The translations under genes and the position numbers were made by a program. Below the pieces are notes generated by a model that did not search any database, was not told the origin of the DNA, and worked only from the letters and a program-made list of their open reading frames with translations. Positions 49,715 through 58,668 of a stretch of DNA of 64,000 nt are shown piece after piece (the stretch's first letter is position 1; every line of letters starts with the position of its first letter). The DNA is from Candidatus Woesebacteria bacterium (GTDB lineage Bacteria > Patescibacteriota > Microgenomatia > UBA1400 > MFAQ01). The stretch is from positions 446,218 through 510,217 of the forward strand of contig DAOORK010000001.1 of the NCBI GenBank assembly GCA_035389185.1, in the 5' to 3' direction.

Positions 49715-51118
49715 TTATTTTTCTATGGTTGTGGCGGTCATTATATCACCAGCTTTGATGTCAATGGAAGGCGAAAGAACAAGACCACATTCCTGATCTT
49801 TTTTAGCTTCCTGAACATCTTCTTTACCAACTTTTAAAGAGGTGATTTGGGAATCTTTGACAGTGTCACCAATACTAATTTTGCCAGAGGTTACTTGACA
49901 GCCATAAACGATGGTGCCGCCAAAATTGAAAACTTTGAGGATTTTTGCTTCACCGGTGATGATGACTTTGGGAGCGGCTTGGGCATCTTTTTGTTCTTTG
50001 AGTTCTTTGAGGTAGTCAAAAAGCTGATAAATAATACGGAAATTACTGAATTTGACATGTTCCACTTCGGCTAGTTTGGTCACTGAAGCGGGCATTTTAA
50101 CATTGAAGCCGAGGATCTCAGCACCGGTGGCAATAGCGGTCTCAATGTCGGTGTCTGTAACCTGGCCAACAGAACTTTCGACAATATTTGCTTGATCTTG
50201 AATACTATCTACAATAGCTTCGAGTGAACCTTGAACGTCGGCCTTGAGAACAATAGTTGGTTTTTCTTCATTGATGACATCAGAAGCACCAGAAGTTGAT
50301 TTTGTCACCTTGTCCGAGCAGGGCTCGCTGGTAATAATGTCTCCAACGCTAGGAACTTTGGAAAAACCAATCACTTGAAAGGGGGTAGAAGGAATAGCCT
50401 TGTCCAAAAACTTTGCTGAGTAATCTATCATGGAGCGGATTTTGCCAAAATCGGTTTTTCCATCAAAAAGAGGATCATTTTTGACAAAAGTACCGCTTTT
50501 TACCAGAAGAGTAGCGAGAGGTCCTTTTTGAGGGTGCATGGAAGACTCGATGACAAGTGCGGTGGCCGGACAAGCATCTGAGTTATCTTTGAGTTCTTCA
50601 AGTTCAGCCAGGAGCAAAATAATTTCAAGAAGTTCATCAACTCCTTCACCGGTTTTGGCTGAGATATTTACGATCGGGACATTGCCTCCATAACCTTCAA
50701 CAAAAACACCTTCGTTGGCAAGATCGGTTTTGACTCTTTCGGGATTAACACCAGGGAGATCGGTTTTGTTGACGGCAACAACAAAAGGAATGCCGGCAGA
50801 CTTAATATGTTCGATAGATTCTTTGGTTTGGGGCATAACTGAGTCGTCGGCGGCCACGATTAAGATAGCCACATCGGCGGCTTGTCCACCACGACGACGC
50901 ATAGCTGAAAAAGCGGCATGCCCAGGAGTATCAATAAAAGTAATTTTTTTATCATTATGCTCGATCTGGTATGCACCGATAGCTTGGGTAATACCACCAA
51001 TTTCGCCAGCCGCAACCGTCGCATGACGTATACGATCTAAAAGAGATGTCTTCCCGTGGTCGACGTGCCCGAGGATAGTAACCACCGGAGGCCTGGTGGC
51101 ATAAGTTGAGTCCGGCAT
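49715..51118 (-). CDS. infB: Translation initiation factor IF-2 (minimal, 467 aa)
   Basis: [48 protein letters not shown]. Confidence 0.97.
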   Translation of the reverse strand: MPDSTYATRPPVVTILGHVDHGKTSLLDRIRHATVAAGEIGGITQAIGAYQIEHNDKKITFIDTPGHAAFSAMRRRGGQAADVAILIVAADDSVMPQTKESIEHIKSAGIPFVVAVNKTDLPGVNPERVKTDLANEGVFVEGYGGNVPIVNISAKTGEGVDELLEIILLLAELEELKDNSDACPATALVIESSMHPQKGPLATLLVKSGTFVKNDPLFDGKTDFGKIRSMIDYSAKFLDKAIPSTPFQVIGFSKVPSVGDIITSEPCSDKVTKSTSGASDVINEEKPTIVLKADVQGSLEAIVDSIQDQANIVESSVGQVTDTDIETAIATGAEILGFNVKMPASVTKLAEVEHVKFSNFRIIYQLFDYLKELKEQKDAQAAPKVIITGEAKILKVFNFGGTIVYGCQVTSGKISIGDTVKDSQITSLKVGKEDVQEAKKDQECGLVLSPSIDIKAGDIMTATTIEK

Positions 51119-51126
51119 AGGTTTAT

Positions 51127-52335
51127 TTAGTTTTTATAAACGGCGAGTTGAGCCTTGATCTTTTCGAGAGTCTTGGGACCAATACCCTTGACTGTGTCAA
51201 GTTTCTCGGAAGTAAGATCTTCGATGTGAGTTAGTTCGGCTTCAACTAAGATATTTCTGGTTTTGGTATCGAGACCCAATTGATCGATTTCGTATTCTTC
51301 GGAACCGGTGGCGACGATACTGGCTTCGGTGTCCTTGGCTTCATCGGAAACGATACGGAGTTTGGTTTGGGTAAGTTTGGCAGCAAGTTTGACGTTTTGG
51401 CCACCACGACCGATAGCTAAAGAAAGCTGATCGGCAGGAACTTTGACGACGGTTTCGCCGGTGTTTTTATCAAACTTGATATCCATGCCTTCGGCAGGAG
51501 CTAAAGCAGACTTGATGTATTTTTCTTTATCTTCTGAGTACTGGATAATGTCGATTTTTTCGTTGTTTAGATCATTTATGACAGCCTGAACACGAACTCC
51601 TTTTTGGCCCACACACGAACCGACTGGATCAACACCGGGTTGAGTAGACTCGACAGCGACTTTAGAGCGGGACCCTGGTTCTCTGGCAACACCTCTGATG
51701 ATCACACTGCCGGAACTAACTTCAGGGACTTCTCTTTCAAAAAGGCCTGAGAGAAGACGGTCGTCGGAACGGGAGACAATTATCTGACGGCCTCTGACGG
51801 TCTCGGTGATTTCTTTTAGATAAACGGAGATGCGTGAGTTTAGACGGTAAAACTCGGTGGGTGATTGTTCCTCGGGAGGCATGACAGCCTGACCGCGACC
51901 AAGATCGATGATAACGTTGCGACCATCCATACGCTGAACCATGCCGGTCATAACTTCACCGATGTGTTCTTGATAGTCTGTAAGGATGGATTCGTGTTCA
52001 GCTTCACGGATGGTCTGTTGGATAACAGTCTTGGCGGCTTGGGCGGCAATACGACCGAAACCAGGAGGGGTGATCTCTTTAAGATCTTTCTTTTTGGCTC
52101 CTTCTTCACCTGCAAAAAGACGGAACTGACCATTGTCAGAGTCGACATCGGCGGTGATAACTTTGCCTTCTTCTTCAAACTTTAAGGATTGTTCGGGGTA
52201 GTCTTTTTTGAAAGAAGCAACTAAAGCATTATTTATTGCAGTAAGAACCGTTTCAGTAGCAATGCCCCTCTCAGAACAAATCTGATTAATGGCGGCAGCA
52301 AACTCGGTTCTGGCGGTCAAGGTTTGTGTATCCAT
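51127..52335 (-). CDS. nusA: Transcription termination factor NusA (start placed at ATG 52335)
   Basis: FGRIAAQ.AK, EVPE, AREPGSRSKVAV, LSLAIGRGGQNV.LA. Confidence 0.97.
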   Translation of the reverse strand: MDTQTLTARTEFAAAINQICSERGIATETVLTAINNALVASFKKDYPEQSLKFEEEGKVITADVDSDNGQFRLFAGEEGAKKKDLKEITPPGFGRIAAQAAKTVIQQTIREAEHESILTDYQEHIGEVMTGMVQRMDGRNVIIDLGRGQAVMPPEEQSPTEFYRLNSRISVYLKEITETVRGRQIIVSRSDDRLLSGLFEREVPEVSSGSVIIRGVAREPGSRSKVAVESTQPGVDPVGSCVGQKGVRVQAVINDLNNEKIDIIQYSEDKEKYIKSALAPAEGMDIKFDKNTGETVVKVPADQLSLAIGRGGQNVKLAAKLTQTKLRIVSDEAKDTEASIVATGSEEYEIDQLGLDTKTRNILVEAELTHIEDLTSEKLDTVKGIGPKTLEKIKAQLAVYKN

Positions 52336-52355
52336 ATTTTGTTTTGTATTTTTAC

Positions 52356-52385
52356 GCAAAGGGACGGTCAACGCCGCCCCTGTGC
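52356..52385 (-). promoter_or_regulatory. nusA leader hairpin with weak U-tract
   Basis: AGGGGCGG-CGTTGA-CCGTCCCT-TTG, downstream of TGC-TATAAT (52402-52407). Confidence 0.55.
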
Positions 52386-52474
52386 ACTCTTAATCGAGGT
52401 TATTATAGCATGATTGATGGCGTTAGAAAACAAAAGGGTATAATACGAAACTAAGTTCATTAAAAGGAGGAAGC

Positions 52475-52786
52475 GTGACAACGAGGGAAGAGGCAGAAAA
52501 GTTGGACCCTGATGTGATTTTTTGGGTGGATGGGAAGACAATTATCCCTGATGACGATATCCCAAAAGCATTGGAGATCAACTCTCAGCTAAGAAAAACC
52601 GATTCTCGGAAACGAGCTCGAGCGATTTTCAGCCAGGATGCGGTTGTCGCAACTGGGTTATGGACACCAGAAGAAGCTGGTGATGTGGCTGATCGGATGA
52701 TTTTTGGATTAGGTGGTGAATATGTGGATCCAAAAGAAAACATTTTTCGGAGACTGTTGCGCCGCTTGGGTTTTCCTCAATATTAG
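52475..52786 (+). CDS. Hypothetical protein, 103 aa (SD-led orphan)
   Basis: TATAAT (52439-52444), GTTCATTAAAA, AAAGGAGG-4nt-GTG, own terminator. Confidence 0.8.
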   Translation: MTTREEAEKLDPDVIFWVDGKTIIPDDDIPKALEINSQLRKTDSRKRARAIFSQDAVVATGLWTPEEAGDVADRMIFGLGGEYVDPKENIFRRLLRRLGFPQY

Positions 52787-52798
52787 TATTTCCGAATT

Positions 52799-52825
52799 GA
52801 CCTGATTAATCAGGTCTTTTTTTTT
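52799..52825 (+). terminator. Intrinsic terminator of orphan 52475..52786
   Basis: GACCTGA-TTAA-TCAGGTC-T9. Confidence 0.85.
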
Positions 52826-53411
52826 ATTTTTTTCTGTCTGCTGACCAACCACCTGTGTTCCACCAATCACTGGGGTTTTGAACAATTATTTCCTGAGCTA
52901 TTTTTTGGGCAGACGGAGAAGACAAACGTTTGGCCTGTTCATTGTCTTGGAGCCAGACAGTTGCTTCTTGATTCCCTTGCCATGAATATTCTTTGAGAAG
53001 TAGTATTTGATCTAAAAGATCGGCATCTTTGGCTAATTTGGCTTCTTTCGATTCTCTTCCTTCATATTCTTTTGAAATTTCGAGAAGTTCATCGGATCCG
53101 GGAAGTTTTGAGAACTGATCAAAAATCACCTCTTGTTCGTAAGTTTTGACATATTTTTTGTGAATCCAGTTTTGATCCCCAGTGCGAGTTTCACTGGTAT
53201 CGTGTAGTAGACACATCAAAAGGACTTTGTAGGGGTCGGCTTTCTCAAGTTTTGAGAGAAACCAACCGATGGCAATGACGCGAAATGAATGAGAGGAAAT
53301 ATTGTCGGAGAGATCGTCGGTGAGGAGTGATTGACGGTGACTACGGGCAATTTTTCTGAGAGTGCCGAGTTCATACAGATAATGAGTAAGTTGGGTAAGC
53401 TGGTTAGTCAT
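52824..53411 (-). CDS. HD-domain hydrolase, YfbR/HDDC2-like 5'-deoxynucleotidase family
   Basis: L..I.R, SHSFRV, LLHD..E.RTGD, KDADLLD. Confidence 0.88.
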   Translation of the reverse strand: MTNQLTQLTHYLYELGTLRKIARSHRQSLLTDDLSDNISSHSFRVIAIGWFLSKLEKADPYKVLLMCLLHDTSETRTGDQNWIHKKYVKTYEQEVIFDQFSKLPGSDELLEISKEYEGRESKEAKLAKDADLLDQILLLKEYSWQGNQEATVWLQDNEQAKRLSSPSAQKIAQEIIVQNPSDWWNTGGWSADRKK

Positions 53412-54004
53412 TTTTTAATTTGAGGTACTTTGGATGCTTGATAAAGATGCTCAACTGTTCCCGACTGCCACCAACCGGCTTGTTCTGTCTGAGGAATGTT
53501 TTCCGGATGACTGGCAGGGATTCTGCCTGGACTCCAGCGCCAACCAGATGGCCAGGTAGTTGGGTCGGTATCTGGCTTACCCTCACGGACTTGGATGGGG
53601 TTTTCCCCTTGGAAGGCGAGATTAAGTATATTTTCCAAGGCAATATTAAGGGCGACATTGTGAAATTGGTTGGGGTGACCTGGTTTTTCAAAAAGGAAGA
53701 GGGGATCAAAAGCTTCCTCTTTGGTCACGAGTTCTTTATCGTAGGCATAGGCAAAGTTTTGAGTAAGATAAAGAGCTTCATCCATATGAAGGCGAAAATA
53801 GTCTGCATAACTTTCGATGTACTGGGCAAAAACTCCGGGGTAATCGAGCACCTCACCTGAGGCCATCTGCCACACTAGACGCCAGTTGTCTTTTCCATAT
53901 TCTGCGTCCCAAGCGGCAATTTGCTGGTCTTTATTTTTCCCTAAAAAACCAGGTCTGCCAACAGTGACCCAGGTTTTTGTTTGGAGTTCTGCTTCTTTAC
54001 TCAT
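53408..54004 (-). CDS. Uncharacterised Trp/Tyr/Pro-rich protein, ~198 aa
   Basis: Intact ORF, ATGA overlap with the HD gene; ATG 54004 preferred over TTG 54010. Confidence 0.85.
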   Translation of the reverse strand: MSKEAELQTKTWVTVGRPGFLGKNKDQQIAAWDAEYGKDNWRLVWQMASGEVLDYPGVFAQYIESYADYFRLHMDEALYLTQNFAYAYDKELVTKEEAFDPLFLFEKPGHPNQFHNVALNIALENILNLAFQGENPIQVREGKPDTDPTTWPSGWRWSPGRIPASHPENIPQTEQAGWWQSGTVEHLYQASKVPQIKK

Positions 54005-54023
54005 AAGCAAATCCTAAAAAAAT

Positions 54024-54039
54024 AGTCAAGATATTGATA
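54024..54039. promoter_or_regulatory. NrdR box 1
   Basis: AGT-CAAGATATTG-ATA fits the CwAnATnTwG core; about 20 nt upstream of the unknown gene. Confidence 0.65.
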
Positions 54040-54115
54040 GAGCATGATGTAGATAGAAAACTAGCCATCTTGGGATTGACAAGACGAATAAAATGTCATA
54101 AATTGAGAAAAATAA

Positions 54116-54131
54116 TAACTAGATATAGCTA
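54116..54131. promoter_or_regulatory. NrdR box 2 (abuts nrdR start)
   Basis: TAA-CTAGATATAG-CTA, downstream of TTGACA(54076)-17-TAAATT(54099). Confidence 0.65.
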
Positions 54132-54592
54132 TGGAATGTCCATATTGTCATAAAGAAAATAACGAAGTAATAAACTCTAGACCAACAAAGAAAAACACAC
54201 AAACATGGAGAAGAAGAAAGTGTTTGTCTTGTGGAGAAGTATTCACAACCCAGGAGATAGTAGACCTTTCTCATTTGGTGGTGATAAAGAAATCTGGAAA
54301 GCCTACAGTTTTTCGTAGTATTAAATTGTTTGCTGGGATTTATGGAGCCACTATTGGTTCGAAGACACTGAATCGAGAAATGGTGGTAGAAAAAATTACC
54401 CGAGAAGTCGAAAGAGAAATAATGTTTTTGAAGAAAAAGAGGATCACTTCCGATGAAATTGCCGATATCGTGCTGAGGAAATTAAAAAACGCTCAAACGG
54501 CAACGTTTATGAGATTTTTGGCGTACACAAAAGATATTTCGAGCGAGGCACAGATGAGACGGGAATTAAAGAAATATGTGGGGAGTAGTTAG
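54131..54592 (+). CDS. nrdR: NrdR-family transcriptional repressor (Zn ribbon and ATP cone)
   Basis: M.CPYC, V.NSR, RRRKC..C...FTT.E, VIKKSG...F...KL, MRF. Confidence 0.9.
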   Translation: MECPYCHKENNEVINSRPTKKNTQTWRRRKCLSCGEVFTTQEIVDLSHLVVIKKSGKPTVFRSIKLFAGIYGATIGSKTLNREMVVEKITREVEREIMFLKKKRITSDEIADIVLRKLKNAQTATFMRFLAYTKDISSEAQMRRELKKYVGSS

Positions 54593-55446
54593 TCGTTGAA
54601 ACTTTCGAGAAGAGTTTTTTGGCGACGAGAAAGACGCTCGGGGAATTTGATGACGAAACGAATGTAGAGATCGCCGTGATGATTGCCCTGGACATGTTTG
54701 ACCCCTTTGCCAGTAAGGCGGATGGCCGATTCAGGTTGAGTGCCGGGGCGGATCTTGATCTTCAAGTCACCATCGAGGGTTGGAACAGTAGTCTCGCCCC
54801 CCAAAATGGCAAGAGTAAAAGGAATTTCGTGATTAACGATAACATCATAACCCTCACGTTTGAATGTTCGACTTGCGCGAACGTCGAAACTGATATCAAA
54901 ATCGGAGTAGCGGATGCGGGTGCCGGTGTCGGCACCGGCAGGAATTCTAATGGTGTACTTTTTCCCCTGGTGAACAATAGTTTTTTCGGCCCCATGAACA
55001 GCGTCGTCAAAATCAATTTTGAGCGAGTACTGAGGTTTTTGGGGACGTCGTGGACCGGCACCGAAACCGGCACCGCCGAAGAAACTGCTAAAAATATCGA
55101 AGGGGTCAGAGAAACCTCCGGCACCACCAAAAAGATCTTCAAAATTGATACTGCCCCCTGCCTGACTATAACTGCCAAAAGGATTACCGCCGGAACCAAA
55201 GGGGCTACCACCTCCCCCATTACCAAAAGCCGCATTACCAAACTGGTCGAACTTGGCTTTTTTCTCGGGGTTACCTAGGACTTCGTAGGCTTCGTTGATT
55301 TCTTTGAATTTTTCCGCGGCGTCTTTTTCTTTGTTGCGGTCTGGGTGCCACTTGAGAGCCAGTTTTCTGTAGGCAGATTTAATCTCTGCCGCAGAGGCAG
55401 ATTTGTTTACTCCAAGAATATCGTAGTAGTCTCTTTTTGTGGCCAT
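54589..55446 (-). CDS. dnaJ: DnaJ-class chaperone (type II, no Zn finger)
   Basis: DYYDILGV, HPD, G/F-rich linker, C-terminal domain; no CxxCxGxG repeats. Confidence 0.93.
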   Translation of the reverse strand: MATKRDYYDILGVNKSASAAEIKSAYRKLALKWHPDRNKEKDAAEKFKEINEAYEVLGNPEKKAKFDQFGNAAFGNGGGGSPFGSGGNPFGSYSQAGGSINFEDLFGGAGGFSDPFDIFSSFFGGAGFGAGPRRPQKPQYSLKIDFDDAVHGAEKTIVHQGKKYTIRIPAGADTGTRIRYSDFDISFDVRASRTFKREGYDVIVNHEIPFTLAILGGETTVPTLDGDLKIKIRPGTQPESAIRLTGKGVKHVQGNHHGDLYIRFVIKFPERLSRRQKTLLESFND

Positions 55447-55503
55447 ACAAACAAACCATTTTAACAGGGGCCGGACTAATCCGACCCCCGCAAATTATCA
55501 TTA

Positions 55504-57405
55504 TTAGTTGACAACTTCGCCTTCCTCGGCTGTCTTGGTATCTGTTTTGGCCTCTTCTTTACCATCTTCAGCTTTTGGTTCTTCTGTTGGCTTGTCTTTT
55601 TCACCAGCGGCTTTGTAGAGAGCTTCGGCGTGCTTTTGAACTAGTTCTGTGGCAGTTTTTAATTTGGTGTCAACTGCTTCAGTAGTAGTGTCGGCTTTCT
55701 TAATCTCTTCTTCCAATTCATTGAGAGACTTTTCAATCTCTTCTTTGGCAGCAGCATCAAATTTGTCACCGGAGTCTTTGAGAACTTTACGAGTTTGAAT
55801 AATTAAAGTGTCGGCCTCGTTTTTCTTGTCAACCAACTCTTTTTTCTTCTTGTCGTCTTCGGCATATTTCTCAGCTTCCTGTTTCATTCTTTCTACTTCG
55901 TCGTCGCTGAGATTCGTGGCGTTTTTGATGGTGATCTTTTGCTCTTTTCCGGTCGCTTTATCTTTGGCAGAGACATTTAAGATACCGTTGGCATCGATGT
56001 CGAAGGTGACCTCGATTTGAGGGATACCGCGGGGAGCGGCGGGAATACCATCGAGGATGAAACTACCTAGTGTCTTGTTGTCAGCGGCCATAGGACGCTC
56101 TCCCTGGAGAATGTGAATCTCGACTTGGGGCTGATTGTCGCTGGCAGTACTGAATACTTGAGACTTGCTGGAAGGAACAGTGGTGTTGCGCTCAATCAAG
56201 GGGGTCATAACACTGCCCATGGTTTCGATACCCAGGGTAAGAGGAGTAACGTCGAGGAGCAAAACATCTTTGACGTCTCCGGAAATGACACCACCTTGAA
56301 TAGCGGCACCTAGGGCAACGGCTTCATCCGGGTTAACTGACTTGTTGGGTTCTTTGCCGAAGAATTCCTTAACAACTTGCTGAACCTTGGGCATACGAGT
56401 CATTCCTCCAACCAAAATTACTTCACCAATAGCGGATTTTTCGATTTTGGCGTCTGAGAGCGCTTTCTTACAAGGCTCAATGGTTTTTTGAATCAAGTCA
56501 TCGACGAGTTCTTCGAGTTTGGCTCTCCCAATCTTCATAGTTAGGTGAAGAGGTTGGCCATCACGTTGGGTGATGAAGGGCTGATTTATCTCAGTTTCGG
56601 TGGCGCTAGATAGTTCGATTTTGGCTTTTTCAGCAGCGTCTTTAATACGCTGAAGAGCTTGTTTGTCTTGGGCAAGATCAACACCATTTTCCTTTTTGAA
56701 CTCAGCCACAATATACTCAATGATCTTGTGATCAAAATCATCACCGCCAAGGAAGGTATCTCCATTGGTGGATTTAACTTCAAAGACACCATCACCTAGT
56801 TCGAGAATAGAAACATCAAAAGTTCCGCCTCCCAGGTCATAAACAACGACGGTTTCGTTTTTGCCTTTATCCAAACCGTAGGCTAGAGCAGCGGCAGTTG
56901 GTTCATTAACGATACGCTGGACATTGAGTCCGGCGATTTCACCGGCTTGTTTGGTGGCTTGGCGTTGGGAGTCATCGAAGTATGCAGGAACAGTGATGAC
57001 GGCATCTGTGACAGTGGTACCAAGATAGGCTTCGGCATCTGCTTTGGCCTTTTGTAAAATCTTGGCGGAGATTTCCTGAGGAGTGTATTCTTTACCGCCA
57101 AGCTTAATGATGGCGGAGCCATCCTTGCCGGAAGCAATTTCAAAAGGAGCAATTTCTTTGGTTTTTTGAGCTTGTTTGCCGGAGAATTTCTGACCCATTA
57201 AGCGTTTGACACTAAAAATAGTGTTTTCGGCATTGAGGATCATCTGACGTTTGGCGACATCACCAACGAGGTTTTTAACGGGTTCTACAATTGAAGGAAA
57301 AGTATTTTTGCCTTCTGCTGTAGGGATGATTTTGGCAGTGCCTCCTTCCATGACAGCGATAGCGCTGTTGGTGGTACCGAGGTCGATTCCGATGATTTTA
57401 GACAT
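55504..57405 (-). CDS. dnaK: Chaperone DnaK
   Basis: [37 protein letters not shown]. Confidence 0.99.
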   Translation of the reverse strand: MSKIIGIDLGTTNSAIAVMEGGTAKIIPTAEGKNTFPSIVEPVKNLVGDVAKRQMILNAENTIFSVKRLMGQKFSGKQAQKTKEIAPFEIASGKDGSAIIKLGGKEYTPQEISAKILQKAKADAEAYLGTTVTDAVITVPAYFDDSQRQATKQAGEIAGLNVQRIVNEPTAAALAYGLDKGKNETVVVYDLGGGTFDVSILELGDGVFEVKSTNGDTFLGGDDFDHKIIEYIVAEFKKENGVDLAQDKQALQRIKDAAEKAKIELSSATETEINQPFITQRDGQPLHLTMKIGRAKLEELVDDLIQKTIEPCKKALSDAKIEKSAIGEVILVGGMTRMPKVQQVVKEFFGKEPNKSVNPDEAVALGAAIQGGVISGDVKDVLLLDVTPLTLGIETMGSVMTPLIERNTTVPSSKSQVFSTASDNQPQVEIHILQGERPMAADNKTLGSFILDGIPAAPRGIPQIEVTFDIDANGILNVSAKDKATGKEQKITIKNATNLSDDEVERMKQEAEKYAEDDKKKKELVDKKNEADTLIIQTRKVLKDSGDKFDAAAKEEIEKSLNELEEEIKKADTTTEAVDTKLKTATELVQKHAEALYKAAGEKDKPTEEPKAEDGKEEAKTDTKTAEEGEVVN

Positions 57406-57439
57406 ATTATTTTGTTAATAATTTATAATCCGAAGCAAA

Positions 57440-57889
57440 TTATTTGGTGCCTGAACCGACTTTAACTTTGGCTGGGCGAAGGACTTTGTCAAAAAGAAAA
57501 TACCCCTTGGAAATAGTTTCCACGACTTGATTCTTTTCTCCGGCAACGACTTCAATGCAGTCCATAGTTAGGGGGTTAAAAGTTTTGTCATCCGATTCAA
57601 TTAATTGAAGTCCTTCTGTTTTTAAGGTTTCAAAAAGTTGTTTGATAACGATACCAAGGCCGGAGTCTTGGAGATGTTTTTGAGCAAGTTCAAGTGAGTC
57701 TAGATTGAGAAGAATTTTCTCGAGAAGAGAGGCACTAGCAAATTTGATTATTTGGCTTTGGGTCTCCTTGAAACGACGTTCTTGGTTTTGATAATCGGCT
57801 AAAACACGTTTGTAATTCTCTTCCAACTCGGAGATACGAGTAGTGAGTTTTTCGATTTCTTTGGAAGAAGTGGGGGCTTTTTTTACCAT
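57440..57889 (-). CDS. grpE: Nucleotide exchange factor GrpE
   Basis: R.LADYQN..RR, FNP, KGY...DKVLRPAKVKV. Confidence 0.96.
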   Translation of the reverse strand: MVKKAPTSSKEIEKLTTRISELEENYKRVLADYQNQERRFKETQSQIIKFASASLLEKILLNLDSLELAQKHLQDSGLGIVIKQLFETLKTEGLQLIESDDKTFNPLTMDCIEVVAGEKNQVVETISKGYFLFDKVLRPAKVKVGSGTK

Positions 57890-58608
57890 TCTTGAGCTAT
57901 TTGATTAACTAAATTGGCAACATAACGAACGAAGGGAATATTACGATCGTATTCCTGACGACTAGAACCGATGATGCCGAGACTTCCTCTGTGACCGCCG
58001 ATATTGATATCGGCAAAAACACAACTAGCAGGGCGGAGAAGTGTAATACCCATTTCATCACCCACCAATATATGAATAGGTGAGTTGTTACCGGCACGGT
58101 TAAAGATATCTAAGAGGCGTTGATTTTGGTCTAGGAGAAAAAAGATTTCTTTCGCTGTTTCAAAATCCTGGAATTCAATGTCGTTGAAAATATTGGCGTA
58201 ACCAGCGTGATACATCTGACCTTCATCGGTAGTTGCTACACAGAGAGCCTTGGTTCTTTCGGAGAGGACTTTGGTTGCTTCACGGAGAAGGTCGTCGGGG
58301 TTATAGCGATGATCCCAAACACGAGATTTGACGTTGACTTCTTCGGCTACAGAAAGATCTTTTTCTTTCATCAGTTCGTTGACATAGAACTTGATCGCCA
58401 TGGGAGTAGGAACACGACCAGCGGATGTGTGAGGCTGGCTAAGGAAACCCTTTTCCTCTAGAACGGCCATTTCGTTTCTGAGAGTTGCCGGGGAAACGCC
58501 CAGACGATATTTGTTTTCCAAAGAGACTGAACCGACCGGTTCGGCCGTTTCGGTAAACTCTTCAACAATCGTTTTTATGATTTGTATCTGTCTTTCAGTT
58601 AGATCCAT
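57883..58608 (-). CDS. hrcA: Heat-inducible repressor HrcA
   Basis: LTERQ, EPVGS, SPATLRNEM..LE..G.L.QPHTSAGRVPT. Confidence 0.96.
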   Translation of the reverse strand: MDLTERQIQIIKTIVEEFTETAEPVGSVSLENKYRLGVSPATLRNEMAVLEEKGFLSQPHTSAGRVPTPMAIKFYVNELMKEKDLSVAEEVNVKSRVWDHRYNPDDLLREATKVLSERTKALCVATTDEGQMYHAGYANIFNDIEFQDFETAKEIFFLLDQNQRLLDIFNRAGNNSPIHILVGDEMGITLLRPASCVFADINIGGHRGSLGIIGSSRQEYDRNIPFVRYVANLVNQIAQEW

Positions 58609-58617
58609 AATCTTTTG

Positions 58618-58668
58618 TTATCACTCTCGTAATGAAAGTGCTTAGCAGTAATATAACATGAGTGATAA
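58618..58668. promoter_or_regulatory. Two overlapping CIRCE operators
   Basis: TTATCACTC-N9-AAGTGCTTA (58618-58644) and TTAGCAGTA-N9-GAGTGATAA (58642-58668), versus consensus TTAGCACTC-N9-GAGTGCTAA. Confidence 0.8.

Noticed and set aside
54619-55278. 219-aa + strand ORF
   Set aside because: Antisense shadow of dnaJ; the same applies to the many short nested ORFs in rpoBC, fusA, rnj and lepA.
55467-55488. Terminator after dnaK
   Set aside because: The hairpin lacks a U-tract; more likely an mRNA-stabilising structure next to the dnaJ -10 box.
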